Of a stretch of 64,000 nt of DNA, positions 1 to 12,400 are shown piece after piece. Each line of letters begins with the position of its first letter. Positions within the stretch are counted from its first letter, which is position 1. A program made the position numbers and the translations under genes. The notes below the pieces were generated by a model. The model made no database searches. It had not been told where the DNA came from and saw only the letters and a program-made list of their open reading frames with translations. Source of the DNA: Balanoglossus misakiensis (Eukaryota; Animalia; Hemichordata). Location of the stretch: assembly GCA_040954595.2 (NCBI GenBank), contig JBECUI020000028.1, forward strand, positions 186,001 through 250,000, read 5' to 3'.

Positions 1-1150
1 TGGAGGTACCTCCATGGTCAGAATGAAAGGTGATTTCAAGGCTGTCCATGTGATCCAAGGTTAGTAAAACATTATTTTATTTACAATTTTGTTGTATGTC
101 AGTGAATAAATGTTGTGTATGACCATACTGCAGCCCAGAACAAGTTGTCTGAGCCAATTTGTTGCATTCCACATATAGACTGAAAACAAATTTGCTAAAA
201 TAAATTTTGTTTGAGTAGAATTACAAACTCTGATTTTTGTATCATTTAGTAGCACAGAACTTGGCACTATTCTGTTATAACTCTACAGCTTTGCCTTCTG
301 TAGTGTTGGCCTAAGTAAGTACAGTTTATGCTGTAGTACCTGTAAAGTCATGTAAACATCCATTTAATTTATACTTTTTTCTTTGCAAAAGATCCTGTTC
401 CGGATGAAAGTGGGGACCACTTTGAAAGGTTTACAGAAGTCCAAGGCAGACCAACACGTGAAATTAATTGCCCCAGCAGAAAGGGACTGGTACTTGATGC
501 AGAAAACACCAACTTCAGGCTGAGTGGTGAAAAGTTGGAGCTGTGGACTGGTGCCCTGCATAGATTGCAAAAAGCCCGGGTATGGTAAAGCATTGTATAC
601 AGTACTATATTGGACATTTTAATATCCATTGTAAATTGGATATTCCTTTCTCATTTGTCAATTTACCACACTGCAAGCCATACAATGTAGTAAATAATGT
701 GTATTGTGAAAAGGTGAAGAGAAAGGGACTGAACCTCGTACACTGAGACATTAACAGTGTCTTGTTATGTGTTTTCTATGTATATGTACATGTATATTAA
801 AAAATTAATACAACTAAGACTTCTCTGTTTTTTATTTCTCTTTGATAGGTGTATTTATCTGCAAAGAGGCTTGATTCACAGCAAAAAAAAACAGCAACTT
901 CAGGTATTCCTAGATGATGGTCTTTATACCTGTGGCGGGGTACTAGTAAAACCAAGTCATCCTCTCTATGGAACGTGTGTTGTGAGCCAGAATCAGAGTT
1001 AAATTTGTTAAATTTTCAACTGTTAAATTTTCAACAGTTCCACTTCGCCAGAAAATGTTGTGTTTTGACTGTTTTCATGAGCAAGTTGTACAGAACTGAT
1101 GGACTTCATCAAATGGAAATTGTGACTGTCAAAATGTTTGGCTGAAACTT
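1..1150 (+). pseudogene. C-terminal exons of a decayed Zator-like transposase (exons ~1-59, 392-579, 849-~1150)
   Basis: GT-AG junctions join VRMKGDFKAVHVIQ|DPVPDESGDHFERFTEVQGRPTREINCPS, then after a frameshift LVPCIDCKKP|xCIYLQRGL...LYTCGG...PLYGTCVVSQNQS*. This resembles, from recall, the PDPVP...HY/F...PS and CxxCxKPRCIY...YTCG tail of Zator-related transposases. A frameshift, a stop and a small duplication near 1000-1040 indicate decay. Confidence 0.6.
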
Positions 1151-1373
1151 TTTTCAATAAAATTGTTCAACTGATATATGCGTATGTGCATTAATATTGA
1201 ATTTACTGTTTACTCAGTATCTTTGAACGTGACACTGTAAACGTCTGTGGAATAATTTAGATGTAAAATATGTTTAAAGTTTAAGGACAAGGGTTTTCTT
1301 CAATGGATATTTGCTTTCAATTTCTCATAATATCTCATTTGCATATTTTGGAATATGTAATTAGTTTGTTTTG

Positions 1374-1452
1374 TTGACCACCCCCCCCCCCCCTCATAGG
1401 TTTTGGGGTCTTGGGGTGACGTCAAACATAGTTTTGAATTTGCGCAGCCTAA
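1374..1452 (-). mobile_element. Right terminus (TIR) of the upstream Zator-like element, followed by a TAA target site
   Basis: The minus strand reads GGCTGCGCAAATTCAAAACTATG from 1449, with TAA at 1450-1452 and a subterminal poly-G tract. A GG terminus with a TWA target fits Zator. The partner TIR would lie outside the window. Confidence 0.5.
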
Positions 1453-1959
1453 TAGAGAGGTTCGTCTACACGTTATACACGAACGTGAACGCGCAACGTC
1501 ACGAATTTCTGTTATGACGTCATCAAGTTTTGTGTAAAGTTTGACGTTCACATAAAAGACCGCGTTTTTACATGGAGATAGATGTTTTCACGTTAGTTGC
1601 GAACGTGAAAAGTTATTCTCATTTTGGGCAACAAAAATTCATATTATCTACGAAATATGTGTATGCCTTGTTTTTTTGTGCGCAGAACGACACGGGCGGT
1701 AAATCTTGCATGTAAGCTAATTGGTCACTCAATGTAAACCAAATGACATCATCGCATTCTAAATAAGAAAATAGAGGCGTGAAATTCCCGCGATGGGATG
1801 TGGGAGTGGTTTTGAAGGAGTATGAATATTCATAACCAAGCTTTGTTAATTATATCATCCAACCACTGGCGCCCGTCAACATTTGATAGATCACTCGTTA
1901 TCCATTCGTTACTAAGCGACCCTGATCGTAGCCGGGGCTACTATCTTTCAGCTCAGCAT

Positions 1960-3099
1960 GACATTGCTCGACTGTTGTATTTTAGATCGACGCCCTGGTC
2001 TCCGGGCTACTGAATATGAGCCAGCGACAATGCACAGTTTCCTGAATTCAATCGACAGACTATTACGTGAAAATAAATATCAGTGGAATATTAAAACGGA
2101 TGCTCTTTTCGAGGGCGCTAGACGAGTCTTCGCTGCTAAAAGAAGAACCTAAAAGCTATGGGCTAGGGCAACGCACCCAATAAAACCGAGCCACTAACTG
2201 CCGACGACGTCGATGCACTTTACAATACTGGACAGCTTGGTATGCATCGCCCAGCAGCACTTCAGAATACCGTGTGGTGGTTTCTAACAACCCAGTTCGG
2301 CCTACACCATGGAACTGGGTGATATTGTCGAGGGCACCGAAGTCATCGATGGCGATATCGTGAAATATATCGAATACAACATCGAGAGACAGACAATAAC
2401 AAGACAAGGAGAAAACCCACGAAACACGAGAAAAATAAAGCCCAGAATGTACGAAAATAAATCAAACCCAGAACTGTGTCCGGTTGCAGCTTTTAAGAAG
2501 TTTACCGAAATGCGTCCAACGTCAATGATGGCTGCCGTTAGTCCAGTTTACCTCGCCGTAAATCACAAATACAATGCATCTGACGAGAACAACTGGTACA
2601 AGAATCAGCGACTGGGCATCAACTCCCTCAGAGGCCTGATGAAAACTATGGCACAAGCGGCGAATCTTAGCAGTAAGAAAACGAACCATTCAGCTCGGAC
2701 GACCCTAGTTACAGAACTGAACAACGTGGATGTACCCTCGACTCATATCATGCAACGGACAGCACACAAGAACGTCAACAGCATCACTCACTACGCCACA
2801 GTGTCACAGAAACAACAGCTAAAAATGTCCTCCATCATGAGCAACATGAAATCGGCCCCATCGTCAACTAGGCCTAACCCGCAAACGGACACAACAACTG
2901 CACAGTCATCAGATGACACCCGTAATGTTCATTCAAGTTCACTGTTTGGCCCTGGTCAAACGATAACGGGCGGTACATTCACTTCAGTATAAATATCAAC
3001 CAGCCACTGAGATCAAACATGGGCGACAACGCATCGCAATATAAGCCAATAAGAAAACGGATTTATGTTATAGATTCGGACAGTGACTCTGAGTGTTAA
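1960..3099 (+). pseudogene. Degenerate CryptonA-type tyrosine recombinase (DUF3504/ZMYM-KCTD1-like domain)
   Basis: Across frameshifted ORFs: EYEPATMHSFLNSIDRLL...LKAMGLG...LQNTVWWFLTTQFGL...ERQTITRQG...KPRMYEN...CPVAAFKKF...WYKNQRLGINSL...KTNHSARTT...TAHKNVNSITHY. HxxR, H and Y are retained. The first catalytic R after FGL is deleted and the usual K in ERQTKTR reads I. Confidence 0.85.
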
Positions 3100-3635
3100 A
3101 TGTTGAGTGAACTGAGTTTCATATTTAGGGGTTGCCTGTTCAAGTGTTCACACTATATTTCATATTAAAGCTAGGACTGTTATGTTTGTAAGTTCAGTAT
3201 TTCGCCGTTAAGGGCCTGGTCAGAATTAACAGGGGGGAAGGCCGGTGCGATTTGGGGGAGGGTCACCATTTCTCATGCAACGGTTTGGGGGAGGGCCGCT
3301 ACATTTTGGGCACTTGTCAAGGGGAGGGTCACTAATTTTTGTGCAAGGATGACACCGAAAATGTTTCAAATTTTGAAGTGTTACAGAGAAATACTGAAAA
3401 GAGACTTGCGCTCATAGGCACTCATGTATGGATATATTGACATCCCTTGTACTACAAAATACACCACACAACTCACAAAACATACACATGTACCAGTATG
3501 TGATCTTAAATATGAATATATGAATACAAATCTTTAATCAGAACAAACACAATCATAAAAGAACTTATGTAAGAAATGTACTTTTCGCAAAAATAACTTA
3601 ATACATAAATATACAGTTTTTTTATGAAAAGGTGA

Positions 3636-3789
3636 CGTCCGAGTCCATTTGTATGTGGCAGAGATTATTGATGCTTTCTGCATATTGTCATTGTGACGAC
3701 TGCGCTGGGGTGTCCCCATCTTGCTCTTACAATGTGACAACATGCAGAATGCCTCAATAATCTCTGCCAAATAAAAATGGACTCGGACG
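3636..3789. repeat. Long imperfect inverted repeat (~58-bp arms, ~35-nt loop)
   Basis: CGTCCGAGTCCATTTGTATGTGGCAGAGATTATTGATGCTTTCTGCATATTGTCA matches the reverse complement of ~3735-3789, CGTCCGAGTCCATTTTTATTTGGCAGAGATTATTGAGGCATTCTGCATGTTGTCA. Confidence 0.9.
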
Positions 3790-3825
3790 CTGCCACCTAG
3801 CCAATAATAAGACACTTCGGTTTAT

Positions 3826-5727
3826 TTATACTAGTATGCTGTCACCGCTATTAAAGTACTCTTGATGGTCACCACTCCCCTCCTCTTCCTTTTCCTCATC
3901 CACCCTCCCCTCATCATCATCATCATCATCATCATCATCGTTGTCATCATTATCATCATCAGCATCACAGCTGTTGTAGTCATTGTCACTGTGAAAGTTT
4001 ATGGCCCAGTCTTTGTGGGACAAGCAATCTGCGATTAAATCAAATGCACCATTTGTGATTTTGCTTTCTCTTTTCAGTAATTTTATGTATTTCACATCTC
4101 TTAGATATAGTCTTCCGACACCTTCAAAATGAATTTTGTCATCTGTGATGACAGAATTATGTATGTCACATGATGGGGCAATAATACTAGCTACTCTCCT
4201 TTTGCCAGCATTATCTCTGTTTTCTCTACGTTTCTTAGCTAGCCTCCTATTTGGTTTCTTTTTACGTTTAATACTTGTGTGCTTCATGTAATGAAAAGAA
4301 AACATTTCATGTACTTTCTGCTTCCTGTCCTTCAACTTTATTTCTAACTCTTCAATTTGCTTATTCAACTCTTCAATTAAAGTTAAACATTTGGTGTTGA
4401 AATGGACGGCACACTCGTGGCCAGATTTTATTTTTCCATTTTTTGTATAGCATTGCTGGGTATCAGAAAGAAGTTTATCTTTCTCTTGTTGAAGAGATGT
4501 TTTGATTTCTCCAACTTTATGTTCATTCTGTTCTATAATTCTGCTGTGATGAGGTTTTAAAATCTCAGAAGCAAGAACGACACCAAAAGCTGCTGGGTTG
4601 TTAGTGCTTGTCACTTTCTCCACGTCATTTTGGAAGCGCTCAAATTTCATTTCCAACTCGTATTGACGCCGTCCCTCTTCATGAAACTTCTTGCAGAAGT
4701 CTCTTGTGTTTTTGCTCCACTTAAAATTTGCTGAGTAAAAGTCTGGTAAGACCCGGTTCATGAAGACTGCCCGCTTTGTTTACCATTAGGAATATAACCA
4801 TATTTAGGTTGCATCCACGGTTTCTGCTTGCTGCTCTCACCTGCACCTGACTTGGATTGGCTGGGTTGGAGAAATGACTCCTTGCTGGGAATTGGGTGTT
4901 TCAGAATGCTCCTTTTGAACCTATTGAGTCGCTTTATTTCAATAGACAGTCCTGAAATCAATAAAAATACGGATAAAAGGCTAAATGACTACATACAAGT
5001 TTACATGGGTATTTTATGCACAAGGCAAAACATCAGTCAATATCCCAATACATGATATATGATATTTGATTTATGCATTATTACAGAAAAGCCAAATTTA
5101 ATTCTTAATTGTTGTCTATCAAACGAGTATAAAAGTATAAAAGCAGCCTGCATTTATTTCTAATATCTGTTGATGCAATTTTCAGGGATATAAATTTGAA
5201 AGAAATGGTCATCTCTACACATTGCCACTAGCTATTGCACCTGTGATTCAGAGCACTTTTTTCCATAAAAAATAATGTACAACTAAGAATAGATGCATTT
5301 TTTTAATCGGCAGATATTCTAGATCTAAGAGGTATATAACATTTTTCAAACTGGGTAGAAATATTGTTTATATTAAACCCCAGCTACAATTTCATCTGAG
5401 TTTTAAACGCTAAAAGCTATCGTAGACGTTACGGTAGGTGTCAAAATTAAAGTTCCGGTCAAAGTTGCAGGGCGATGCATGAAAACACACACACTGCCTG
5501 TCTGATTACAGGCAGCGACTGACTCCGCAGCCGCAGACAGAGCTGAGATGAGATGAGATTCCACACTTACCAATATCTTTAAGGTCGTCGTCATCAACAT
5601 CAACTAGATGCTTTGCTTTTTGAACACCGGCGTCTAAAAAATATTGCGTGTAATTGTGCAGGTCACACATTTGCAAGAAATCAGCAATGTTGCTCTCATC
5701 AGATGTTGGCTGCTCTTCCACTGCCAT
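3826..5727 (-). pseudogene. Two-exon gene with an N-terminal SAM-like domain, coiled coil, basic patch and D/E-rich tail; one frameshift near 4760
   Basis: Exon 1 (5727-5571) encodes MAVEEQ...IADFLQMCDLHNYTQYFLDAGVQKAKHLVDVDDDDLKDIG and ends at a GTAAGT donor. A TTTCAG acceptor opens exon 2 at 4951 with LSIEIKRLNRF, completing a SAM pattern. The frame shifts at SGQS/MNRVLPDF into the 311-aa ORF 3826-4761. Confidence 0.65.
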
Positions 5728-5968
5728 GATGACACTATGGAGGTACACGTGTGTAGAATGTTATGATGGGAAGTTCACCTCTTTTCCGAAAGCTCAAGAT
5801 TTAAAAAAAAATATTTCACAAAACGAAAATTAAATTACATTTCAGTGATAAAAAATCACATAATACTGATTTTAATGCAAAAATGCCACCTTTGGTGTGA
5901 ATGTACCAAGCGCGCGATAAATTCCCGCGATAAATACACACGTGACCTTTTTACTGTTCAAAATCAAA
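5728..5968. promoter_or_regulatory. Probable bidirectional promoter between the SAM gene and the transposase
   Basis: 241 bp separate two divergent ATGs. The interval contains a CpG cluster with an E2F-like ATTCCCGCG at ~5921, and the transposase start sits in AAAATGGC. Confidence 0.45.
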
Positions 5969-8900
5969 ATGGCTGATGTCGCTCTCGGTCCGTCTTCTAA
6001 AGAAAGCGAGAAAGATCGCGTCAAGTTGACATTTTCGGAGAGGAGAAGTGCCTCGCGGAAGCAGTCCAAGGTTGGTGGCGGGTACGAACGTGTATCACAA
6101 CAAACGTGTAAACCGGAACAATGTGAGGAGAAGCTCGAGGCACTCTTGGACGTGCACAGAAAAGCGCCCGAGAAACAGAAAATCGTCCAAGGCCTGCTGT
6201 ATGTTGTACACCAATTGATGGTGAGAAGTGATTTTGATGGAAAGGTGAAAGGGTATTTACGCTGCAAAGATGTCTATGGACTGTATTGCGGATTTTTTGA
6301 AACTCAGCCAACTGAACATGAATTCCGTGACCAACTGCTACATCCTGACCACGTACTCAATGTAACAGTTGTCACACTGGCAGGGTGTAGATATATCATA
6401 CTCAATAACAGTTTTGTTAGCTTTACTGATTTGTTCGTAGAACTAGAACATGCTACAGATCGCAAAGATACTGCAAGATTTCCTTTGACAATCGAATCCC
6501 TGCATGATATCATTGCAACCATGGACACAGAGTATGATAAATCTGTTGTGAAAGCTGTTCTTTTTGCATCAAACTCAAGAAATGACATGCATATGCTTGG
6601 AGTAAAACCAAACAGAGCTGTACAGTTTCTTTCCAAAGTGTTAGTTTCTGCAGAAGAATTCAAAAATGCCACTGAAGCAGCCCAAGATGTCCTTGTTCGT
6701 AGGGTGAAGGAAAAGATTAACAAAATAGTACAGCAAATAGAAGATGTTGATGCCAGACTAGACAGTTGTAGTTTGTCTGATAAAAGAAGAAGTGATCTAT
6801 GTGCAGAGAGAGATTGCTTAGAAAAACGAAAGCGGGAATTAGCATTATTGTTAACTCCAGAAGATAAAAGTAGTAGGAGACGAGCCCTGCAATCTAAGAA
6901 GCGGATCGCTCAAACATTGCTGGAAGAAAATCGGGTAAAGCGTAGAAAGCTTGGAGGAGGTGCACCTCGCCTTCTAGATACAGAGGATGAACTTTTCATC
7001 GCAAAAGCTGTTGAAGAAAAAAGTACAGCACATGGGCGAAGACATAATATTACACTTTACTCTCACCACCGTGTTAAGAAGAGACATTTTCTGTCCCTAG
7101 CGAATTACATGCTGCTCCAAAGGGGAAAGAAATTAATCAAATCAGCAACAACAGTTCTTAATAGAGGCCGTCCTCGAAATGTACGATCCATACAGGCAAA
7201 CGCACACATGGGGAAGTCCTTGTTTTGTGCCAGACAGCCACCAAAGACTGAGCTACATTCAACGGAGTCCACTCATCATCAGAGGGCACATGTGAAGAAT
7301 GCTAAATTTAATATGTTTAGCGATTCGGAATGGTCAAACAGCCTTATGATCAGTATGGATGATAAAGCTTACCTAAGACCAGGAACTGATGGTGAGTAAA
7401 ATTTTGTTGATTCATGGATTAAGGGCCCAGGACAAGAAACAGTCCCTTTCCAAACAGTCTCTTCTTTCAAATAGTGAAAAACCCATATGAGCTATATATC
7501 ATTGGAAAGCATGAAGCTGTGTGACATGAAATGTAATCAGTTTTTGTCTTCTGTTTTGGTTTAATAGTTGGAGCAAGAGATGTTAAGAAAGGTGTAATCT
7601 ATGATGTTACAAACCCGGAAAAACAGAACAAACTCCCTCAACATGATTTTAGTACGCCTGAAGTACATGTCACTCCGACCTCATTCCGCTTCATCTCTGC
7701 CAAAACTGTAACTGTTGAAGGTAAGTGTGATTAATGCACTAGTTTGCTGAATATACTTAGTACAGATATCTAAATTGCCAAATATAAAAATCCAAAACAT
7801 TGTTCACATATGTACTTCTTGTACACTTGGGAAATGAGTAATTTAATATAGGAATTGACCAATCAGAATCAACCTGTCTTTATGAGACCTTTTTACATTA
7901 TCTCCTAATTTTCTTATTCCCTTATAAGGAAATAAAGAACTTGTCAATTAAAAGGATCAAACTGTGGTGGTGATTCGACCTAAACATTTCATTGGGAGCA
8001 GTGGAAGTGTCTGGGCCTCTGACTACTTGATGTTAAGGTAACATTCTAACAATACCAAAGTATGATTAAATTTTGAGTTTTGTATAGTTGTTGAACAGAT
8101 ACATATCCTGCCTTACAAATACTAAGTGTGGAGCTACTTCCATACATTTTGGTTTGTAGGAGAGAAGAGCCTGAGCTTTTTGAGAAGCAACAAGGACATT
8201 CTTCAAATAACCAGGCTTTGAAGATTTTCTATGCACAAGTCCATGATACAGTCTTCCACTTTAAAGGTAGGTTTGCTCTGCCACTGAAGCAATTATTATT
8301 AAATACCCTAAGTCTTGTTTTTTTGCAAAAATAAATAGTTTTTGAAACAAGTAGGCAGGACAAGTCAAAACAAAAGTTTTTTTCAGTATTTTTGTTGTGT
8401 CTTTCAACTACGCTGGATCCCTGAATCATGATCAAATACCCAGTGTATAGATTCTCAACACAACCTATATGAATATAATTACCATTGTTATTGTTGTAAA
8501 TTGTTTTCTAATCCAGACTAGAATTCATTTGTCAACAATAACAGTGTCATTTCACATATACAGGTTATGTTGAGAGTGAGAATACTAGGCATTTGAGCAT
8601 GATCTAGAGAAACGTAAAGCTGATATACACAGATCCAAAATACTGAAAAAAATAGCCAAAGTTACATCTAATGTCCCTTTAATTAATGCATCTTATTGTA
8701 CCATAGTCCCCTTTGTCAGCTAAAGAGGACAATCCTGTTGGTGATTATCCATCCTTTAGTTATGCAGTTCAATTCATGCTTTATAACTACTTTTGTTTAT
8801 AGATACAACTGTACAAGAAGATGTTGAATGTGTGACAACTGATCAAAAATGTGTATTTCGCAAATATGAAGGTGACAGGCTGGCTTGGTTGCATCATCAT

Positions 8901-9470
8901 TTGGAGCAGGCATGGACAAGATTGGATGAATATCTGAAAAGAAGCCAGGAGGAGAGTTCATCAGATTTGCTAGAGCCAGTGAAACAGGTTATCCAAAATG
9001 CAGAGTTACTGCTGGGAGAAATAAGGTGCATTTGTAAAATTATTTAATGAGTTCAGTCATTGGCTCTGTTATCGAACCCTGATGTTGAATATCACAGCAA
9101 AACATTACTGTCAGATTTCCCCTTTTGGAAAAATGGAACTATCGCTTTTAGTCACTTTTGAATGCTTATCTTATTTGTTATCTTTTACATTTCAGGACCA
9201 TTAACAAAGATGCCCTTTTTGTTGGTTTGACTGGCTTGATTGACATATGTGATATTATCATACAGAAGCTCTCTTTTGTTCAAGCACCTATGTATGGCAA
9301 TATTCTCAAGACGACTGATGCAAGACAAGGTGTTGGTGTCAGCAATGTGGAAGTGAGATATAGAGATGCTGAACTTATACGAATTCATGGAACTGACCAC
9401 ATGATACGACTACACAGAGCACCTGGGGATTCTGGTCAAAATGAGGCAGAAAGATTAAATGCTGCAATAG
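5969..9470 (+). pseudogene. Zator/TP36-related DD43E transposase, six exons (5969-7391, 7568-7720, 7929-8037, 8160-8266, 8803-9025, 9196-9470); premature TAA in exon 3; 3' end missing
   Basis: The spliced translation contains ISMDDKAYLRPG, LPQHDF, RPKHFIGSSG, TDARQGVG and APGDSGQNEAERLNAAIG, corresponding to recalled Zator motifs DDK, DHDF/W, DGGP and APGxSxxNxVER. I count 43 residues between the second D and the E. All junctions are GT-AG and phase-compatible. Confidence 0.8.
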
Positions 9471-9481
9471 GTAAGCAGTAG

Positions 9482-12400
9482 GGCAACAACTTGAAATCCC
9501 CATATGCATTTAATACCCATGTCAAAGTGAAGAGTTTGCATCACCATCTACTCTGATGCATCATTGAGCTTGCTTCGCCATTTGCCCTAACGCAAAGAAT
9601 TACATTCAATGTCACCATTGCATTAGCAATGTCAAAGTACAGTGCTTTCCGCCACGTATTAAACTGGGGATTTACAGTCACCTTTAAATCCCCCTGTAGG
9701 CATTTTATACCCAAGTTCAAGTGCAGAGCTTGCATCACTATCTACCCTGATGCATCATCAACCTTGCTTCGCCATTTACCCTGATGCAAAGAATCAGATT
9801 CAATGTCATCGTTGCATTAGCAATGTCAAAGTACAGTGCTTTTGGACACGTATTAACCCAGGGATTTATCATCAACTTGAAATCCCCATATGCATTTAAT
9901 ACCCATGTCAAAGTGAAGTGTTTGCATCACTATCTACCCTGATGCATCATAAAGCTTGCTACGCCATTTACCCTGATGCAAAGAATCAGATTCAATGTCA
10001 TCGTTACATTAGCAATGTCAAAGTACAGTGCTTTTGGACACGTATTAACCCAGGGATTTATCATCAACTTGAAATCCCCATATGCATTTAATACCCATGT
10101 CAAAGTGAAGTGATTGCATCACTATCTACCCTGATGCATCATCAACCTTGCTTCGCCATTTGCCCTGATGCAAATAATCAGATTCAATGTCATCGTTGCA
10201 TTAGCAATGTCAAATTAGAGTGCTTTTGGCCACGTATTAACCTATGGATTTACATTTAACATTAAATACCCATGTGAAAGTGCAGAGTTTGCATCACCAT
10301 CTACTCTGATGCATCATTGAGCTTGCTTCGCCATTTGCCCTAATGCAAAGAATCCCATTCAATGTCACCATTGCATATGCAATGTCAAAGTACAGTGCTT
10401 TCCGCCACGTATTAACCTAGGGATTTACAGACAACTTTAAATCCCCCTGTAGGCATTTTATACCCATGTCAAAGTGCAGAGCTTGTATCACTATCTACCC
10501 TGATGCATCATCAACCTTGCTTCGCCATTTACCCTGATGCAAAGAATCAGATTCAATGTCATCGTTGCATTAGCAATGTTAAAGTACAGTGCTTTTGGAC
10601 ACGTATTAACCCAGGGATTTACAGACAACTTTAAATCCCCCTGTAGGCATTTTATACCAATGTCAAAGTGAAGGGCTTGAAACACCATCTTCCCAGATGC
10701 ATCATCAAGCTTGCTTCGCCTTTTACCCTGATGCAAAAGATCAGAATTAAAATCACTGTTGCATTAGCAATTACAGTGCTTTTGGCCATGTACAGTCCCA
10801 ACAGAATAGAACAACTATTTGTACATTTCTGAATACGGCAAGTAGTACGTCAACCCTACGGGAACCCCTACGGGAACTATTGTTAGTTGTAGCACAGTTT
10901 GCTGCAACAATTGTCTAAGGCCCATTTCCTTTTGTTACATTTCCGTAAAAACTACAGCAACTCCTTTACAGCAAGCCATTAACAAGGGAAGCTTAACACC
11001 TCTACCCATAAATACTGCTGCAACACCTGTCAATTAGCCCCCACAGAGTGATGCCTTTTGTTCAAGGTGTTGATTATTTTGCTACAACTAGAGTGATTGA
11101 CAGGTCTAGAACTAGAGTGCAACATTTTTGCAACAGGTCACTGCAACATTGTATCACAAAGTTTACAAAAGAAGCTCTGTCTGAGAATAAAATGGCAAAG
11201 GGCTGACATCAAATACCAATGAAGTCAGTTTTGGAATGATGTTATGTTCATCGACAAAGTCTGAACTCTCTTGGTAACAGAACAGTCTGTGGACATGAAC
11301 AGAGGTCAACACATCCCTACCCCAGTGTTGTAGAATGCACATGTTTTGCTGGGGTTTCTTTTCTTTCAAGGAGCTGGACCAATTAATATTTGAGAGATAC
11401 AGCATGACCAATGGAAAATCAAACACAATGACGCATTTCACAATTGGGTTTAGCTTAAAAGACATTGGCTTTCTTTTTTTTTGACCTGCTGCCCCCCCCC
11501 CCTTACATGAAGACCCTGATAATAAATATTAGGCTTGTTTACAAAATAATGTTGGCCTGCAGTACCACGTTCCGCTGCAGTTTGATCTTTAGAACAGACA
11601 AGTTTTGAGAGTCTTGACTATAATTTTGAAGGGTTTCATAAGTAGTAATGGTCTGTATTATTTCAATATTCTATTATTACGGCAATGGATATACACTCAT
11701 TTTCCGACGGGCAGTGCTTGAACATGATGGGAAGTGACTGGCAGCAATTAGTTGGCCGGTTTGGGATGAATGACCTACATGTTTACTCATTATATATTCA
11801 CGCAATTTGTTTAGTCTAAGCAAGCCCCTGCACTTGGCAGAATTTGGATACAATTTGCCTGTCAATCATTGTCTGGCTACCTCTTGCCCCCAAAGTCCGC
11901 GCCTGATAAAATACATTCAATGAGCGACCTTTATATCCAGACAGAGAGGGGGTGGCCGCAGTGAATGAATTGATGGTAAGTTTCAAATTCACATGTAAAA
12001 TTTTAACATTTTCTGTTCAAATCCAGCCAGTTCAATGTATTGTTTAATCAACATTCCTGAAATAAAAAAGTTGACAACAAAGTGATTACTACGAGCGGGC
12101 ATGCATGACAGTATTGATCGCTGAACTTTCAACAAAATACAGTGGTATAGTGGTTTAGTCCAAATGCTTCTTTGTCAAGCTCTCGGGTGCGTGAATATTC
12201 ATGAGAAACTTATTACTGCGAACGTACATTCACAACATGAAACTAGTCCTATTATTTCAGAGCACTTGCCAAGTGGTCAAATCATGGTGGTAAAAGATGA
12301 GTGGCCGGCAAGACCGGGCCTAGACGTCCTCCACCTGTGTCAAACGGCTTTTGATGTGAATAATACTTTGCATAAATTACAAGGTCAACATGTGTGGTAG

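Larger units (their letters stand above)
3212..9481 (+). mobile_element. Zator-like DNA transposon: left TIR, accessory gene and transposase; right part not seen
   Basis: TAA (3209-3211) precedes GGGCCTGGTCAGAATTAACAGGGGGG, followed by three GGGGAGGG(T/C)C subterminal repeats at 3254-3331. A DDE transposase lies downstream. No matching right TIR was found by eye. Confidence 0.65.
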
